A stretch of DNA of 64,000 bases from Pelagomonas calceolata (Eukaryota): contig CAKKNE010000002.1 of NCBI GenBank assembly GCA_918797485.1, forward strand, positions 4,960,001 to 5,024,000, given 5' to 3'. Within the stretch, counting starts at the first letter, position 1. Every line of letters begins with the position of its first letter. Made by a program: the position numbers and the translations under genes. The notes under the pieces were generated by a model. The model saw only the letters and a program-made list of their open reading frames with translations, did no database searches and was not told the DNA's origin. This document shows positions 20,457-31,999 of the stretch, in pieces.

Positions 20457-21087
20457 CGCCTGCGTCGGAGAGCGTCGCGACGCGGATGTGGTCGCGCGAC
20501 GACGCGTCGTTTTTCAAATGAGAGGTCAGGCCATCTAGTAATATGGTAATTTGGTAAGACCACATGATAAGCGGGAGACTAATCCCTTCGGAGTAGCTGG
20601 TTGTTGGCATCACACCTCTCATCGATTGCTGCTGGGCTGGCTTTGGACGCTGGGCTTTGCTGTTTGTTTGTGCTGGTTTTGTGCACGTTGCAATCGGCGT
20701 TGCACAGGTCGGCAGCGATAGGTCGTGCTTGTATAAATCCTTAACGGCGTGGCGGCTGCACCGCTATGCCGCTGACGCCGTGGGCTTTGGCCCAAGCAAG
20801 CAGTTCTAGAGCGCTTGTACGCTAGCTCGCGGTTTCCTCCCGGAAGTCATTCTATCGTGGCCAACGCCATCGCAGCGGAGCCATCCTGCAGGGTACCGCT
20901 CCAGCGCGCACCAAAATGGCTCAGCTCACTCAGCTGGCTGGCAAATCGGGCGCCGCGGGCAACGATTCGTGGTCCAGACGTGGTCGACGGGTTGCTTTTT
21001 GATACCTTTGCAACGCAGCGAGCATTCCTTGTGAGCCGCAGCTCTTGGCTTGAGCCACACAGGGAGAGCAAGCACACGGAGAGCAAA

Positions 21088-22114
21088 ATGGTTGCGCGCC
21101 TACTCCTGCTCGCGGTTGCGGCGCGCGCCCTCCAACCGCTTCAGCCCTGTCGCGCGACAAGAAGGCGGCACCTCGTCTCGGTCCGAGCCGAGCCCGAGCC
21201 CGACGTCGACGAGCTCAAACGGCAAGCGGAAGCGCTACGAGCAGAAGTCGAGACGTTGCAAGCGGAGGCGCAAGCGGCGAGAGAAGAGGAATTGCGGCGG
21301 AACCCGCCGCCGCCGCCCAAACCCGTACGAGAGCGGCCCAAGCCCGTGAAGCGGAAAACTGAAGAAGAGGAGGGCTTCTCGCTGCCGAGCTTCAATCTCT
21401 TTGGAGATGGCGATGAGTCAGAAAAGAAGAAGCAACCGGTGACCGACGACGAGGTCGAGCTCGCGTCGAAGGCTCTAGCTTGTTTACCTTACCTCCTGCC
21501 GATGTCGGACGCGATCCCGTTCGGCCAGTACGTGATCAACGACTTTCCCTTGATCGCGCTGCCGTTGCTACCGTTCGCGCCGTTCGTTGCGTTATTAAAT
21601 GCGATTCCGTTCGGCGGGTTCATCGTGTTCATCGGGCTGTCCACCGGAAGCCGGAACCCGCAGTTCCCGCGCTTCGTGCGGTTTAGCATGCAGCAGGCCG
21701 TGCTCTTGGACATCGCGCTGATTTTCCCGCAGCTGTTCCAGTCGATCTTCGGCGCGACGAATATAAAGGTGCCCGAAGCCTTGGTGGAGCCCTGAGTGGA
21801 AATCAAAATTTACGGCGCGTTCGTGCTGAATCGCCATCGACGCGACGCCTGCTCGATGGCGTGGTGGTGCTCGTTCCTCACCGCTCGACGGAGCCAGCAT
21901 GGCCGCGTCATCGCCGAGAAATGACCTAGTGAAGATTATCGGTGCACCGACTCACTGGTTGATCTCTTCACAGGTCGAGCCCGCGTCTTCATTTGTGTTC
22001 TTCTTCATCTTCGTGGCGGCGCTCTACTCGTGCGGCTCGAATATACTGGGGAAGCAGCCGAACCAGATTCCGATTATATCCTCTGCTGCCGAGCAGAGCA
22101 TCGGGCCGTTCTAA
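21088..22114 (+). CDS. TIC20: Plastid inner-envelope translocon Tic20; exons 21088-21783 and 21974-22114
   Basis: Signal + transit peptide MVARLLLLAVAARALQPL; LACLPYLLPMSDA..FG..PRFVRFSMQQAVLLDI..GKQPNQIPIISSAA. Confidence 0.9.
21784..21973 (+). mobile_element. Introner-like intron (190 bp) with 7/8 TSD
   Basis: TSD gtggagcc / gtcgagcc; TIR ctgagtggaaatcaa ... ttgatctcttcacag. Confidence 0.88.
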
Positions 22115-22448
22115 GTAGATGACTTATAAGTTATAACGCGCGGGGTCCTACGAATAGGCACGCAACGGTCGTTCGGGCGCACGGGCGTGCCCGTCGTTGC
22201 GCGCTTCACGAGCAAGGCGTCGCACCGGGACGTCGCCGTCGACCGGGGAAACATCGAGAAGGCGCTAGACGCCCTCCTCCGGGCGGCGAAGTAGACAGAC
22301 CACGTAAACGGGGATTAGTCAAGGGGGTATGTGCTGTCGCTATGAGCTGGCAGAGGGGGAGCGTGTTGTTCGCTGGCCCGCCCCGAGCCCGGGCCGAGGG
22401 GATCGGCGGGGCGGGCTTGTGGGGCAGGGGGGCCGGGGGGCAGGGGCT

Positions 22449-23716
22449 CTACTTCGACGCGTCGGCGATGACCTTCGCCTGGCCGGCCTTGTAGCGCGCG
22501 ACGACGTCCGAGTCGGGCGCGGCCGCGCGGCGGGCGGCGACGGCCGCGGCCGTCGCCGCGCCCGAGGTGATGTCGTCGGCGCGCCGGGCCGCGACGCCTG
22601 CGAGGTAGTCGACGACGGCGCGGCCGCTCGCCGGGTTGTTGGCCGTCGGGATGCAGTGGACGTCGCAGATGCGCATGAGCGCCTTGATGTCGTCGTCGTG
22701 CTGCGCGCGGGGGTTCCCGTCTATCCATCGTCGGCGCGGCGTCGTGGCGGCGGACGCCGCGCCGCGCCGGGTGCGCCGAGAGCGGGTCGCGGAAGAAGAG
22801 GACGCCGTCGACCTGGCCGAGGCTGATCATGCCACCGATCTCCTGGTCGCCGCCGAGCGGCCCGCTGCACGTCTTGTGCTGCACCGCTAGGCCGAAGGCG
22901 TTCTCGAGGACCGCGCCCGTCGAGCGCGTCGTGACGATGGGGAAGAGCGAGACGACGTCGACGTTCTCCTCGACGAACTTCTTCATCGCCGGCTTCGTGT
23001 GGTTGTGCGCGACGACGGCGAGGTAGCCGTTGTACGCGTGCGGGTGGACCGTCTCCTCGCCGTCGTCGGCCGGCGCCGTTGAGGTTGTCGTCGCGACCGA
23101 GAACTGCGTGATCGCGGCGGAGATGGCGGTCGTGGCCGCGGCCTTGAGCTCGTCGGCGCGCGCCGCGTCGTGCGCGGCGGCGGCGGCCCGCAGGGCCGCC
23201 GCGAAGGCGGCGCGGTCGCCCAGGCCCGCGGCGGCGAGCGCGGCCACGTGCGCCGGGCCCAGGTCCAGGCGGAGCTCGGCGACGGCGCCCGCGAGCTTGG
23301 CCCCGTCCGCGGAGCCCTCCGGGAAGGCCTCGTCGAGGAACGTGGCCGCGGCGATCCAGCGCTCGTCGAGCGCGGCCTGCGCGGGCGGCGTCGCGTCGCG
23401 CCGCGGCCCGCGCGGCCGCGTCGTCGGCGAGCGCGGTGCTTAGCGCGCCCGACGCGGCGCTGGTTGATGGCCAGGCTGAGCCGGCGTCGGCGTCGCCCGC
23501 GACTCGCCTCGGACGCGCGGTTGGTTGAATTCCCGCCCCGGGCGGCGCCTGGAGCGCCACCAGCGCCTGCTCGGGCGTCGGCTTCGCGGCCCCGTCGTCC
23601 GCCGCCGCGGCGGCCCGGAGGTCGCGCGTGGACGCGGCGAGCGCGCGGGCCGAGGCGAGGCGCTCGCGCGCGGCGCGGGGGGAGCGGCCACGGGAAAAGG
23701 GGTTCCAGGACGGCAT
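22449..23716 (-). CDS. mgsA: Methylglyoxal synthase with N-terminal extension; exons 23716-23549, 23376-22768, 22700-22449
   Basis: LAVVAHNHTKPAM..TTRSTG..SGPLGGDQEIG..FFRDPLSAHP|HDDDIKALMRICDVHCIPTANN. Confidence 0.88.
22701..22767 (-). mobile_element. GC-AG intron (67 bp), introner-like
   Basis: Required to join DPLSAHP|HDDD in the MGS motif; donor gcgcgg; ends gcgcgcag. Confidence 0.75.
23377..23548 (-). mobile_element. GC-AG intron (172 bp), introner-like
   Basis: cag|gcgccgcc followed by degenerate TIR cggggcgggaattcaacc; ends cccgcgcag|gcc; restores the reading frame. Confidence 0.65.
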
Positions 23717-24140
23717 GCCTGCCGCCTGCGCGGGGCGATGCATTGCTCAAGGCCGTCGGAGCGCTGCAAGATGTCATTGCCGAATGTTTCGATCCGATCC
23801 CTTTAGGGTTGATTCGTACGCACCTAAGTGTTGATGTCTGTGGGACGGCGGCTCGGAAACCGACGTCAAGTCACCCGATTGTGGACTTTTTGGCTCGAGT
23901 TGCAAGATGAAGCTTTCACTAGAAACTCACAACTCACTAGGCGACACCCGCTCAACATCGGGCGTGGGAGTCCTCTCTTACGCCAGAAATAGTAATCATA
24001 GTATCATGAGTTACTAAAGAGAAAACGCGACGCCCCCCCCCACGTCGACCCGTGAGTGATCGGCAACGTCGCGACGATGGCGTGCTATCGGCGTAGAAGT
24101 ACCCACACGCAACTGTGTTAAACACTTATACACTAGGCCC

Positions 24141-27100
24141 TCACCTGCGGCCCCCGGATCGCGGATCCCGCAGCCCCGCGTCGAGCAGCACCTTCTTGAG
24201 ATCAGTCTCTGAAACAAAGGCCGCATGCTCCGGCGGCGCTTTCAGAGTGCTCGCGTCCAGGAACCGCGGCCGCAAGAACCGCAGCTGGTCCATCGACACG
24301 ACGCGCTGGTCGTGGCCCTCCTCGTACCGCAGCACCAGCAACGGCTCCCATTGTTCGGTGGTGCGCTTCTCCAACAATGCCCCATCGTCGAGTCGCACGT
24401 CGAACGCGCCCGACTCGTGGCACGCGATGACGACGCCCTCCTCCCTTGTAGCGTCAGGCTTAGATTTCGAAATACCGCCGCCGCCGCAGCGCCGCACCCA
24501 AGCCCCGACGGGCACATGACCAGGTTTTACTGCGTCGCGCCACGCCTCCGGCGAGCGCCTTTCACGGATGAGGTCGAGGGCGACGCCGTCCTCGCGGCCC
24601 CCGTCGTCATAAGCTAGACAAGTGGTCCGGCCCCTCGATGCCGCTTTCGCGACCGTCGCGGGCCAAGCCGGCGAACGGCCGCGCCAGTAGCCCTCAACAC
24701 GCTGGCCCACAGATACGGAGGTAGGAGCGCCCCCTGATCTCGGGTGAGCCGCAGGAGCGTCGGTAGCCAACCCGACAATCACCCCCCGCCAGCGCATCGA
24801 CCCGCGCGACGTCCTACACGACTCGAAGGGCACGCCGATGACGTACCTCCATAATTCCCCGGAGGCCGGCGGGTGTAACGGATCGGGATCCCTTTCATCT
24901 TTGATATGTTCCGTACTCAAAGCGCGCGCGTCCACGGAGTAGTGCTTGGCGCACCTTGCCGCCGCCTCCACGAGCTGGTCGGCGGCATTCTCGAGATCAC
25001 CGAGCCGCGCCTTGCGCTGCGCCCAGCCGGACCAGAACTCCCGCCCGTAGGACACCAGTAAAGGTTCACCCGCTTGGATAGGCTTCGTCGCGACGATGAA
25101 CACACCTAAGACCGACGGCGGTTTATTGGTCGAGGGCTTCGCGTCATCCGCAGTAACCTCGCGGAAGTGGCAGTTCGCCTTGAGCTGCGTCTTTTCGTCG
25201 TCTCCTTGCGTTGCGCCCCTTGCTGAAGACCCTTCTATGAGCGCGGGTGCTCTGGCCGAGGCTAGGAGTTCGTGCTGCTCGAGGTCTTCGCTATCGCCAC
25301 CTAACAGCCCTCCCTCGTCGTAGACGACCCTCCATAAAGGTGCCGGGGCGCCGGACGCATCTCGGAAGTCGCTCTCGGCCTCGTCGACCCAGGAGACCAC
25401 TGTGCCATCGGCGGTGCCCAATGCTGATGAATCCTCGGCGAAGACCGTCCTTCGCACGCGCAACCCCACATGCCGCGAGCCCCAGGCGCGCCATTTTCTG
25501 CCTCCAGGAGTGCCCTTCACGGGGCCTCTTACTTTTTTAGCTTTTGGGGTTCGTGGTTGATTTCTAGCTTCTCTTGCTGATTTCGCAACCAACGCTTCCC
25601 GCGCGTCGGGCCCGCGCGCGCAGTTGATGAAGGGCGCCGGCGAGACCTGCGTGAGTCGTGCGTGACGTCGCGTCGACGGCGTGGGGCGTGAGGCTTCGCG
25701 CCATCGAGCAGATGAAGTTATTGGGCCAATGTCGCGTCGATGGGCTGGAGCTCCACGCTATCGAGCAGATGCAGTGGAACGCCGTCGCGTCGATAAGCTC
25801 CACACGCCATCGAGCAGACGCAGTCACGGGAACGTGGGGCGCCCGACATTGATTTCCACACAGATAAAAACGTTCTGCACGCCGAGGTACGGCAACACAG
25901 ATAATCCAGTTTGGGCGAACTCGTAGCGGTACATGAGCCACCTAGCTGCTGCCCTCGGAGCTCGTCGTAGCAAGACGGCGATCTCGTAGTCGGTAGCAAT
26001 AACTCCAGCGTAAGGAAGAGCGCAGCCGGCCTCAATTCCCCTGGTTGCGACGACGCCCTTTTCTCCTCTTAGTAGAGGATGAGCTCTATCGTTCTCCTCT
26101 CCAGTTAGATTGACGACTTGCGCCGCTCTCGCTAACGCCCCTTTACCTAATCCTTCGGCGAAGCACTTCTGGATCGGGGCTGGTACTGTTCTCAATAACA
26201 TGACACCTTGATCTCCGGCCAAGGCCGCTCTCGCAGCAGCGCCGGGCGGCCGGTACGGCCGCGGGCCCTTCTCCGGAGAATCGTCCCGACGCTTCCGCTT
26301 CCGACTGTCGTCCCTATCCTCCACGACTTCGCGAGCGGCGTCGCGAGCCCGTCGCAACCAAGACGCGTGGGGTTCCGGCACTCGCGTCGACGGTAGGAAC
26401 GCCCAGCAGTTCGAGCCTCTTGCGAGAGCGTCGTTCGTCGGTCCCAGAGTCTCCTCGGCCGATTTCGCGTCCCAGCACACTCTTATTAAATCAGAGGCGC
26501 GCTTCATGCTACTGCAAGCCTGTTTTTGATCTTGAGATTCCTCGGGAATGATGCCGACCGTATGTTGCTGCCCCACGCATTCGACCGCCAACGTAGCTCT
26601 CCGAGCTTCACGTCTAAAAGACGTCTCCAAGGAACACGCATCTGACCTGGTCGACGCCGCCCGACACAAGGGACCCAAGGCATCGGCCAGCGCGTGCAAG
26701 GCCCCGATCGGCGCGTCCGACGTTCTCGTGTCCCAGGCCCACGGCCAGTCGCTTTCTCGCGGTGTGGTGCGGTTCGGATCGCTCCCGTTGTCCTCCGAGA
26801 AGTCGTCCAACAACGCGGCGAGCGGGGCGACGACACCTTTCAGGGCGTCGTCGACTTTTTGTAGTCTTTCCATGGCCGCCTTCGTCCCTTCGTCTTGAAC
26901 CACTGCTGCCGCTCTGCAAGCATCTGCCGCTTGCACGGCGTCTCTCCTACCTTTGAGGACTTCTCTCCACGCTCTGGTCTCCTGGGGGGCTATGGTGGTT
27001 CCTCGCGCTAATGATGCTGACGTCGCTCTCGGTACCGTCGCACTAGGTGTGGCCGGTCTAGGAATAGATGGTTGTCTTTCAGCTAACTGTGCCGTGTACG

Positions 27101-28106
27101 CGTCCAAAGGTGCCACAGACTCTACCACTCTAGAAGGCTCCTTCTCGAACGTCGCACCAGAGCCCGCTCTCACAGTGGTTAACAAAGGCCGCCAGTCCCG
27201 CGCGGGCGGCGGGCATCTATCTCGCGTCTGGGCCCTCCGTCTAGGAGCCTCGAGCGGATTTGCACCTTGCGTGCGCGGTGGCGCCAAGAGAAAAGCCTCG
27301 TGGTCTGGGTCTGGCCTGCGCGTGGTAGTCGCGTGCTCGCCCCGACGCCGTCGACGCGACACCGTGCTCGCCCCAACGCTGTCGACGCGACGCGAAAAAA
27401 AGACGCCGCATGTGCACCACACCAGTGCGTCGCGCGTCCCGTCGATGGCGTAGCGCACGTGTAGTCTGGGCGGCGCCGCGCCTCGGGGCGGCGGCGCCCA
27501 GCCGAAGGCCGCCCAGCACGCCGAAGCCGGTGGGGATGAGTAGGCGGAAGCTGGTTGCACCGCACCGTCGAGCGCGGGCTCCTCGACGGCCGCGGCCTCG
27601 TACCACTGGTTCTGGTCCCACAATACTCGGACCGCGTCGCCCACGCGCGGCGGGAACAGGTTCGGGTAGAACTCTCTGCCTGCGGATGATGACGGTGCTA
27701 GGCTCTTGGCGTCGCCCTTGGCGCCCGCCCTCAACCGAGTAACCATGTCCAGGAACTGGGGCGGGGCCGCTCGTCTAGCTTCCATCTCGTCGCAGCCTCT
27801 CAATAGCTCATCGCGTTCTTGCGCGGACGCGTTTTTCCAGTCCCCCTGGAGCCGCGCCGCCAAGGCTTCATCCGTTGAGGGTAGGGCGTCAACCCTTTCA
27901 GAAGACGTGAGGAGCCTCGCTTTGCCGGCTGGATCTCCATAAATCAGCACGCGTAGTCTGCTGCTTTGGCGCGTGTCCTCCTTTCTACACAACCACGCCG
28001 GCCGCGCGCGGCCGTCGTCTAGCACGGCTAGACACAAGCCCTCTACCGGATAGCCGTCGACTTTACCATCATCGTCCAATTGGCCCGGTTCCTTGATGGC
28101 GGCCAT
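24141..28106 (-). CDS. Large chromatin protein with several Tudor/Agenet-like modules and a SET methyltransferase domain; introns 27316-27417 and 25647-25871
   Basis: Joins ORFs 25824-28106 and 24141-25592. SET motifs GEKGVVATRGI..YAG..PFINC ... NCHF..VFIVATKPIQAGEPLLVSYGREFW; Tudor-like VGDAVRVLW..WYEA and VGQRVEGYW..WPATV..YDDG..E. Confidence 0.75.
25647..25871 (-). mobile_element. Introner-like intron (225 bp)
   Basis: GT lies 8 nt before a consensus TIR ctgtgtggaaatcaa; three internal copies of cgc(c/t)atcgagcaga; ends cacgcag|gtc. Confidence 0.8.
27316..27417 (-). mobile_element. Introner-like intron (102 bp, in frame, stop-free)
   Basis: tg|gtgcac ... cacgcgcag|gcca; two gtcgacgcgac motifs; would translate as an R-rich peptide unrelated to the flanking domain. 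Confidence 0.65.
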
Positions 28107-28656
28107 CTTGGTTTTTTTGGATTTTCTCGGGCGGTTTCGGCGGCGCGGAAGGGCGACCCGGTGGTTTGGTCTTTTTACCTAGCTAAGGATTAGCTGTGTT
28201 TGCTTTGCACGGCGAGTACTTTTGCGTGCTTGCTAGCGTCACTGCTAGGCGATTTGCGGCAGTGCGCTGAGCACTTTGGCGGGATTTTGACTTGGCGCTA
28301 CAGCACCTGCTGCTGCGGCGGGTGCGCCTGTAAGAAGCTCAAGTTACAGCTGCTGCTCACTGCGTCGAGTTGAGAGTGTCGGCTCTGTGATTGCAATGGC
28401 GTATCAGGGTGATTTTGCGAGTGACTTTTGGGCTTGGTGGCAAGCCTTGAGAGCGAAACCAGAGCGGCCAACGCGAGGACCAGTCGTCCAACTAGTCCGT
28501 GCCGCACTCGTCTATGGGATGAATGCAAAAAACTCTGACGCTAAGGAACGCCGAGGCTCTCTGGGCAGGCTGGCAGGCTCCGCGGCGCAAATGCATGCGT
28601 CGTCCTTAGAAATTGGTGTGCAAATCACTTCAATCAATCGTTAATCAACCTGAAAT

Positions 28657-29629
28657 ATGAGTGAACAAGTTTCAAGCCCCAGCTCCGAGCAGGCAGCAAG
28701 TCCAGTACCTGCCACTGCTGAGAGCAGCCAGCCGTCGAAGGTGCAGAGATATGCAACAGAAGCGGACGTGCTCGCGCTCATGACAAACGACAAGTTCAAG
28801 AAGTTCTGCAAGAAGAAGTGCGGCGAGTGGGCGCCCGCGTCTCGCATCCCTAAACGCCATCGACGCGTGATCCGCGCAGGTGCGGTTGCGTCGCCTTCAA
28901 GCGCTTCGCCAAGATGTCGCCGCTCGTCGTCCGGGCGAGAGTCGGGAGCCTCTGGTGCCAAAAATGTGGCCGATTGCTGTGCGAGGCCCACCGGAACCAG
29001 CACAGCTGCGAGATGGAAATGCAAGAATTGGAGCGACGGCGGCGGGTCGACGTCGACGCGATTCGGGAAGGCATCAAGCGGCAGGAGGAGGAAAAGGAGC
29101 AGCGCGCCGCCGACGCCGACGCGCTCAAGCGGGCCGAGGCCGGGGCCAAGGCGGCGCGCTACCGCATGTGGAAGGACCGGCGGCGCCACGTCGTATGGTG
29201 TCCGGCGTCCTTTTAACTTCTGAACATCGCGGCGACGGCGTAGAGTTTTGTGCAGCTCACGCGCCATCGCAGGCGGGCATCTCGTCGAGCGTGGCGAGCA
29301 TGGTCCAGCGCTGGAGCGTCCAGGCCGAGGCGGGGCGCAAGCGCGACCGGCTGCTCGACATCTACACGTCGTGCAACCGTATCAACCTGCGGCTCTGGAA
29401 CGAGGTCTCGCAGCCGGAGATTTTGAGTGATATCGACATGGACGCGTGGAAGCGGCTCTGCCGCAACTACGCCGACGCCTGCGCGCTGACGGGAATGGTT
29501 ATATTGGTCGAGGGCGTCGAGCTCGACCTGAGGCTGCCCTGGCTGCGGGACGAGGACCAGGACTGGCTCGACGCGCCTCCACCTGATGCAAATGAGGTGG
29601 ACCTCTCGACGGCGGACCCGCCAAGTTAA
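28657..29629 (+). CDS. AN1-type zinc-finger protein; exons 28657-28817, 28880-29192, 29273-29629
   Basis: Spliced sequence FCKKKCGC..WCQKCGRLLCEAHRNQHSC matches the AN1 pattern CxxCxxxxCxxHRxxHxC; frames join across both introns. Confidence 0.7.
28818..28879 (+). mobile_element. Introner-like intron (62 bp) with 6/8 TSD
   Basis: TSD gtgcggcg / gtgcggtt; internal cgccatcgacgcg; ends ccgcgcag. Confidence 0.75.
29193..29272 (+). other. Intron (80 bp, GT-AG) with introner motif
   Basis: gtatgg donor (29190 is an alternative); ends cgccatcgcag; restores the reading frame. Confidence 0.65.
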
Positions 29630-29662
29630 TATATATAAGTCTTAGTAGTCCCGAGCCGCGAC

Positions 29663-30285
29663 CTACACGGCGTCCTTGGCCCACTCGTGCTTGTCGATCT
29701 CGTCGTCGACCTCCTTCTCGATGTCCGGGTAGGCCTCGTAGACGTCGTCGACGGTCGTCGCGTGGCCGACCTTCTTGGCGACCATGACGTTCATCTGCTT
29801 CGTGAGCTCGTCGATGCGCGTCTTGGATTCGGCGATCTTCTGTTGTGCTTCGGCGAACATGGCGTCGTACTCGGCCTTGGCCTCGTCGAGCTCGGCAAAG
29901 GGCGGGTACTGGACGCCCTTGAACTCCTTCTCGGCCAGCCTGTGTGTGGAGGATGAGACGCGGCGCCGGCGTGGAGGCGGCGTGGAGACGATTGCGTGGA
30001 GACGCGGCGATGGCGTGGAGGTGGCCTAAACGGACGCGGTTCTACCAACGCTAGGAGCGAGGCGTCGACCTTGCCCTTGTAGGCGGCAAAATCAATCGCC
30101 GCGGGGGCGCTTGAGTATTTTTGTTTGAGGAGCTCGGCCTCGTTGAGGGCCATCTTCAAACGATTGAGCTCTTGTTTACCCTCGTCGGAGGTGACCTTCG
30201 CCTCCAACGCGCTGAGGTTCACGCTTCGCCTCGGGGCGGCCCTCGCGGCCCGCGCGGCGGCACGGGCGGTTGCTCGCGCCAGCAT
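29663..30285 (-). CDS. ATP5H: Mitochondrial ATP synthase subunit d; exons 30285-30050 and 29939-29663
   Basis: R/A-rich mitochondrial presequence; PAAIDFAAYKGKV; C-terminal TTVDDVYEAYPDIEKEVDDEIDKHEW. Confidence 0.82.
29940..30049 (-). mobile_element. Introner-like intron (110 bp)
   Basis: gc|gttggtag ... cacacacag|gctggccg; contains cacgccatcg; restores the reading frame. Confidence 0.75.
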
Positions 30286-30647
30286 CTTGGCTTTTATCCT
30301 TGCTTTTGCGAGTGTGGCAAATAAAGCGGCTTATCCACGTCGGCGGGGCGAGCGGCTGGGGGTTTCCCTGGCCGGTGCTGGCGAGACGTCCCAAAGAGTC
30401 AGAAGCACGGCTCTCCCGTGCACCTTGGTGGCTGGCGTGCTCGCTTGCAGGCTTTAAGGCCGGCGGTGGCTGAGGGCCGTGCTAGTGTCCTTATAGTTCG
30501 CTAGCTAAAATCTCAGAAGCGCAAAAAACGAGCCGTACGCGGGACCTGGGCAGTCGGTTGGACGTCAAACGACAGGCATCCGTCCCCCAGCGAGTGCTGC
30601 CGGCTGCGCGCGCCGTCGACGAGTCCTTGGGCAGCCCACCAGCGAGC

Positions 30648-31598
30648 ATGCAGGCGCCCTTCCAGCCGCTCCCGGTCGTGCCCGCGCCCTGGATGGCCCA
30701 CCGCTGCCCGACAAGTGGCGCGGTGTATTACGTGAATCTCCAGACGCTCGCGACGACCTGGACGTCGCCCGTGCCGGCACCGCCGCCAGCGCCGGAGGAC
30801 GTGCCCTGCGCGACGTGCATGGAGTGCCCCTGCGCGTGCGCCGCCCGAGCCGACGAAGCGCAATCCGAAGCGCAAGCCAAAGCCTTAGAAGCAGTCAAAG
30901 CGCATACGGCGGTGCCGCAGAAATACAGTCATCACGAGGACGTCCCCGTCGACAGGTCGCGGCAGGGCCACGTCAGAGGTGTGTGCGTGGCCTTCAACCG
31001 GGGCTACTGCCGCCGCGGCGACGACTGCCGATATGAGCATGCATTCACGAGAGAGGCGCGTGAGGTGGCCGCGGCGACAACGTTCGTGGACGTCCGGGAG
31101 ATCCCCGCAGCCCAGGTCGGCAAGCAACCAAAAAAGCAGCCCTGCTTCGACCTGAAGCACAAGGGCTTTTGCGGGCGGGGCGCGGCGTGCCCCTTCGCGC
31201 ACACGGGCCACGAGGGCCTGCCGGCGACGCGTCGCCAGCGCAAGGCGCAACGGGCCGCGGAGGCGCAGGAGCCGGCCGCACCGGCTGAGTCCGTTCCGCC
31301 GGTGCGCGCGGTGACGGCGCCGGCGCCCGCGCGGCACCGCTCCGCCGAGCGCCCGCGCTCGCCCGTCAGCGACGACGACGACGTGGTGCCCCAGCGCGAG
31401 CGCGCGCCGCTGCCCGAGCGCCACGCGCGGCGTTTGTCTGGCGACGACGACCGCCCGCGGTGCGACTACTCCCGCGAGCGGCCCTCGCCGCGGCGGGACC
31501 GGTCGCGCGAGTGGCGGCGGGACCGGTCCCCTGAACGGTGGCGGAGGAGGCGGTCGCGGTCCCGATCGCGGTCGCGCGGGCGGCTGTTTTATGGATAA
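30648..31598 (+). CDS. WW + two CCCH zinc fingers + RS-rich tail (RNA-processing-type protein)
   Basis: WW PAPWMAHRCPTSGAVYYVNLQTLATTWTSP; CVAFNRGYCRRGDDCRYEH; CFDLKHKGFCGRGAACPFAH; RSRSRSRSR. Confidence 0.8.
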   Translation: MQAPFQPLPVVPAPWMAHRCPTSGAVYYVNLQTLATTWTSPVPAPPPAPEDVPCATCMECPCACAARADEAQSEAQAKALEAVKAHTAVPQKYSHHEDVPVDRSRQGHVRGVCVAFNRGYCRRGDDCRYEHAFTREAREVAAATTFVDVREIPAAQVGKQPKKQPCFDLKHKGFCGRGAACPFAHTGHEGLPATRRQRKAQRAAEAQEPAAPAESVPPVRAVTAPAPARHRSAERPRSPVSDDDDVVPQRERAPLPERHARRLSGDDDRPRCDYSRERPSPRRDRSREWRRDRSPERWRRRRSRSRSRSRGRLFYG

Positions 31599-31999
31599 TG
31601 TGAAAGTTTTGTGTAAATCACCAGGAACTTGAACCTCCGCGCGACGGCGAATGAGCGCGGGCGGCCGCCGGCTGGGCAAGCCAGGCGTGTTTCGCTGGGT
31701 TCTAGAGGTCTGGAGCCTTCCCATCTCCTAGCAGAAACCGCAGACGGTCCAGCGGTCAATGGGCTGGGAGCGAGGTCCCAGAGGTTGCTTTTGTGCTGCA
31801 TTTTGAGCAATTTATCGAGCATATTTGATCGCGCCGCCGTCGTGAATAGTTGCTCCGATCTCAAAACGTCTCGCTAGAATAGTTCACGAGAACTCGCCCC
31901 GCTTCTAGCCCTACGTTTGATGATCATCGAGCATCACTAAGCACTGACCAGTAGTCGAAAACAGAGAGTAGTTAAGCGGTCACGGACGCTAAAAGGGAC

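Noticed and set aside
21793..21795. In-frame TGA in Tic20 (and others) as selenocysteine, given selU nearby
   Set aside because: These TGAs lie inside inferred introns; no SECIS element was recognised.
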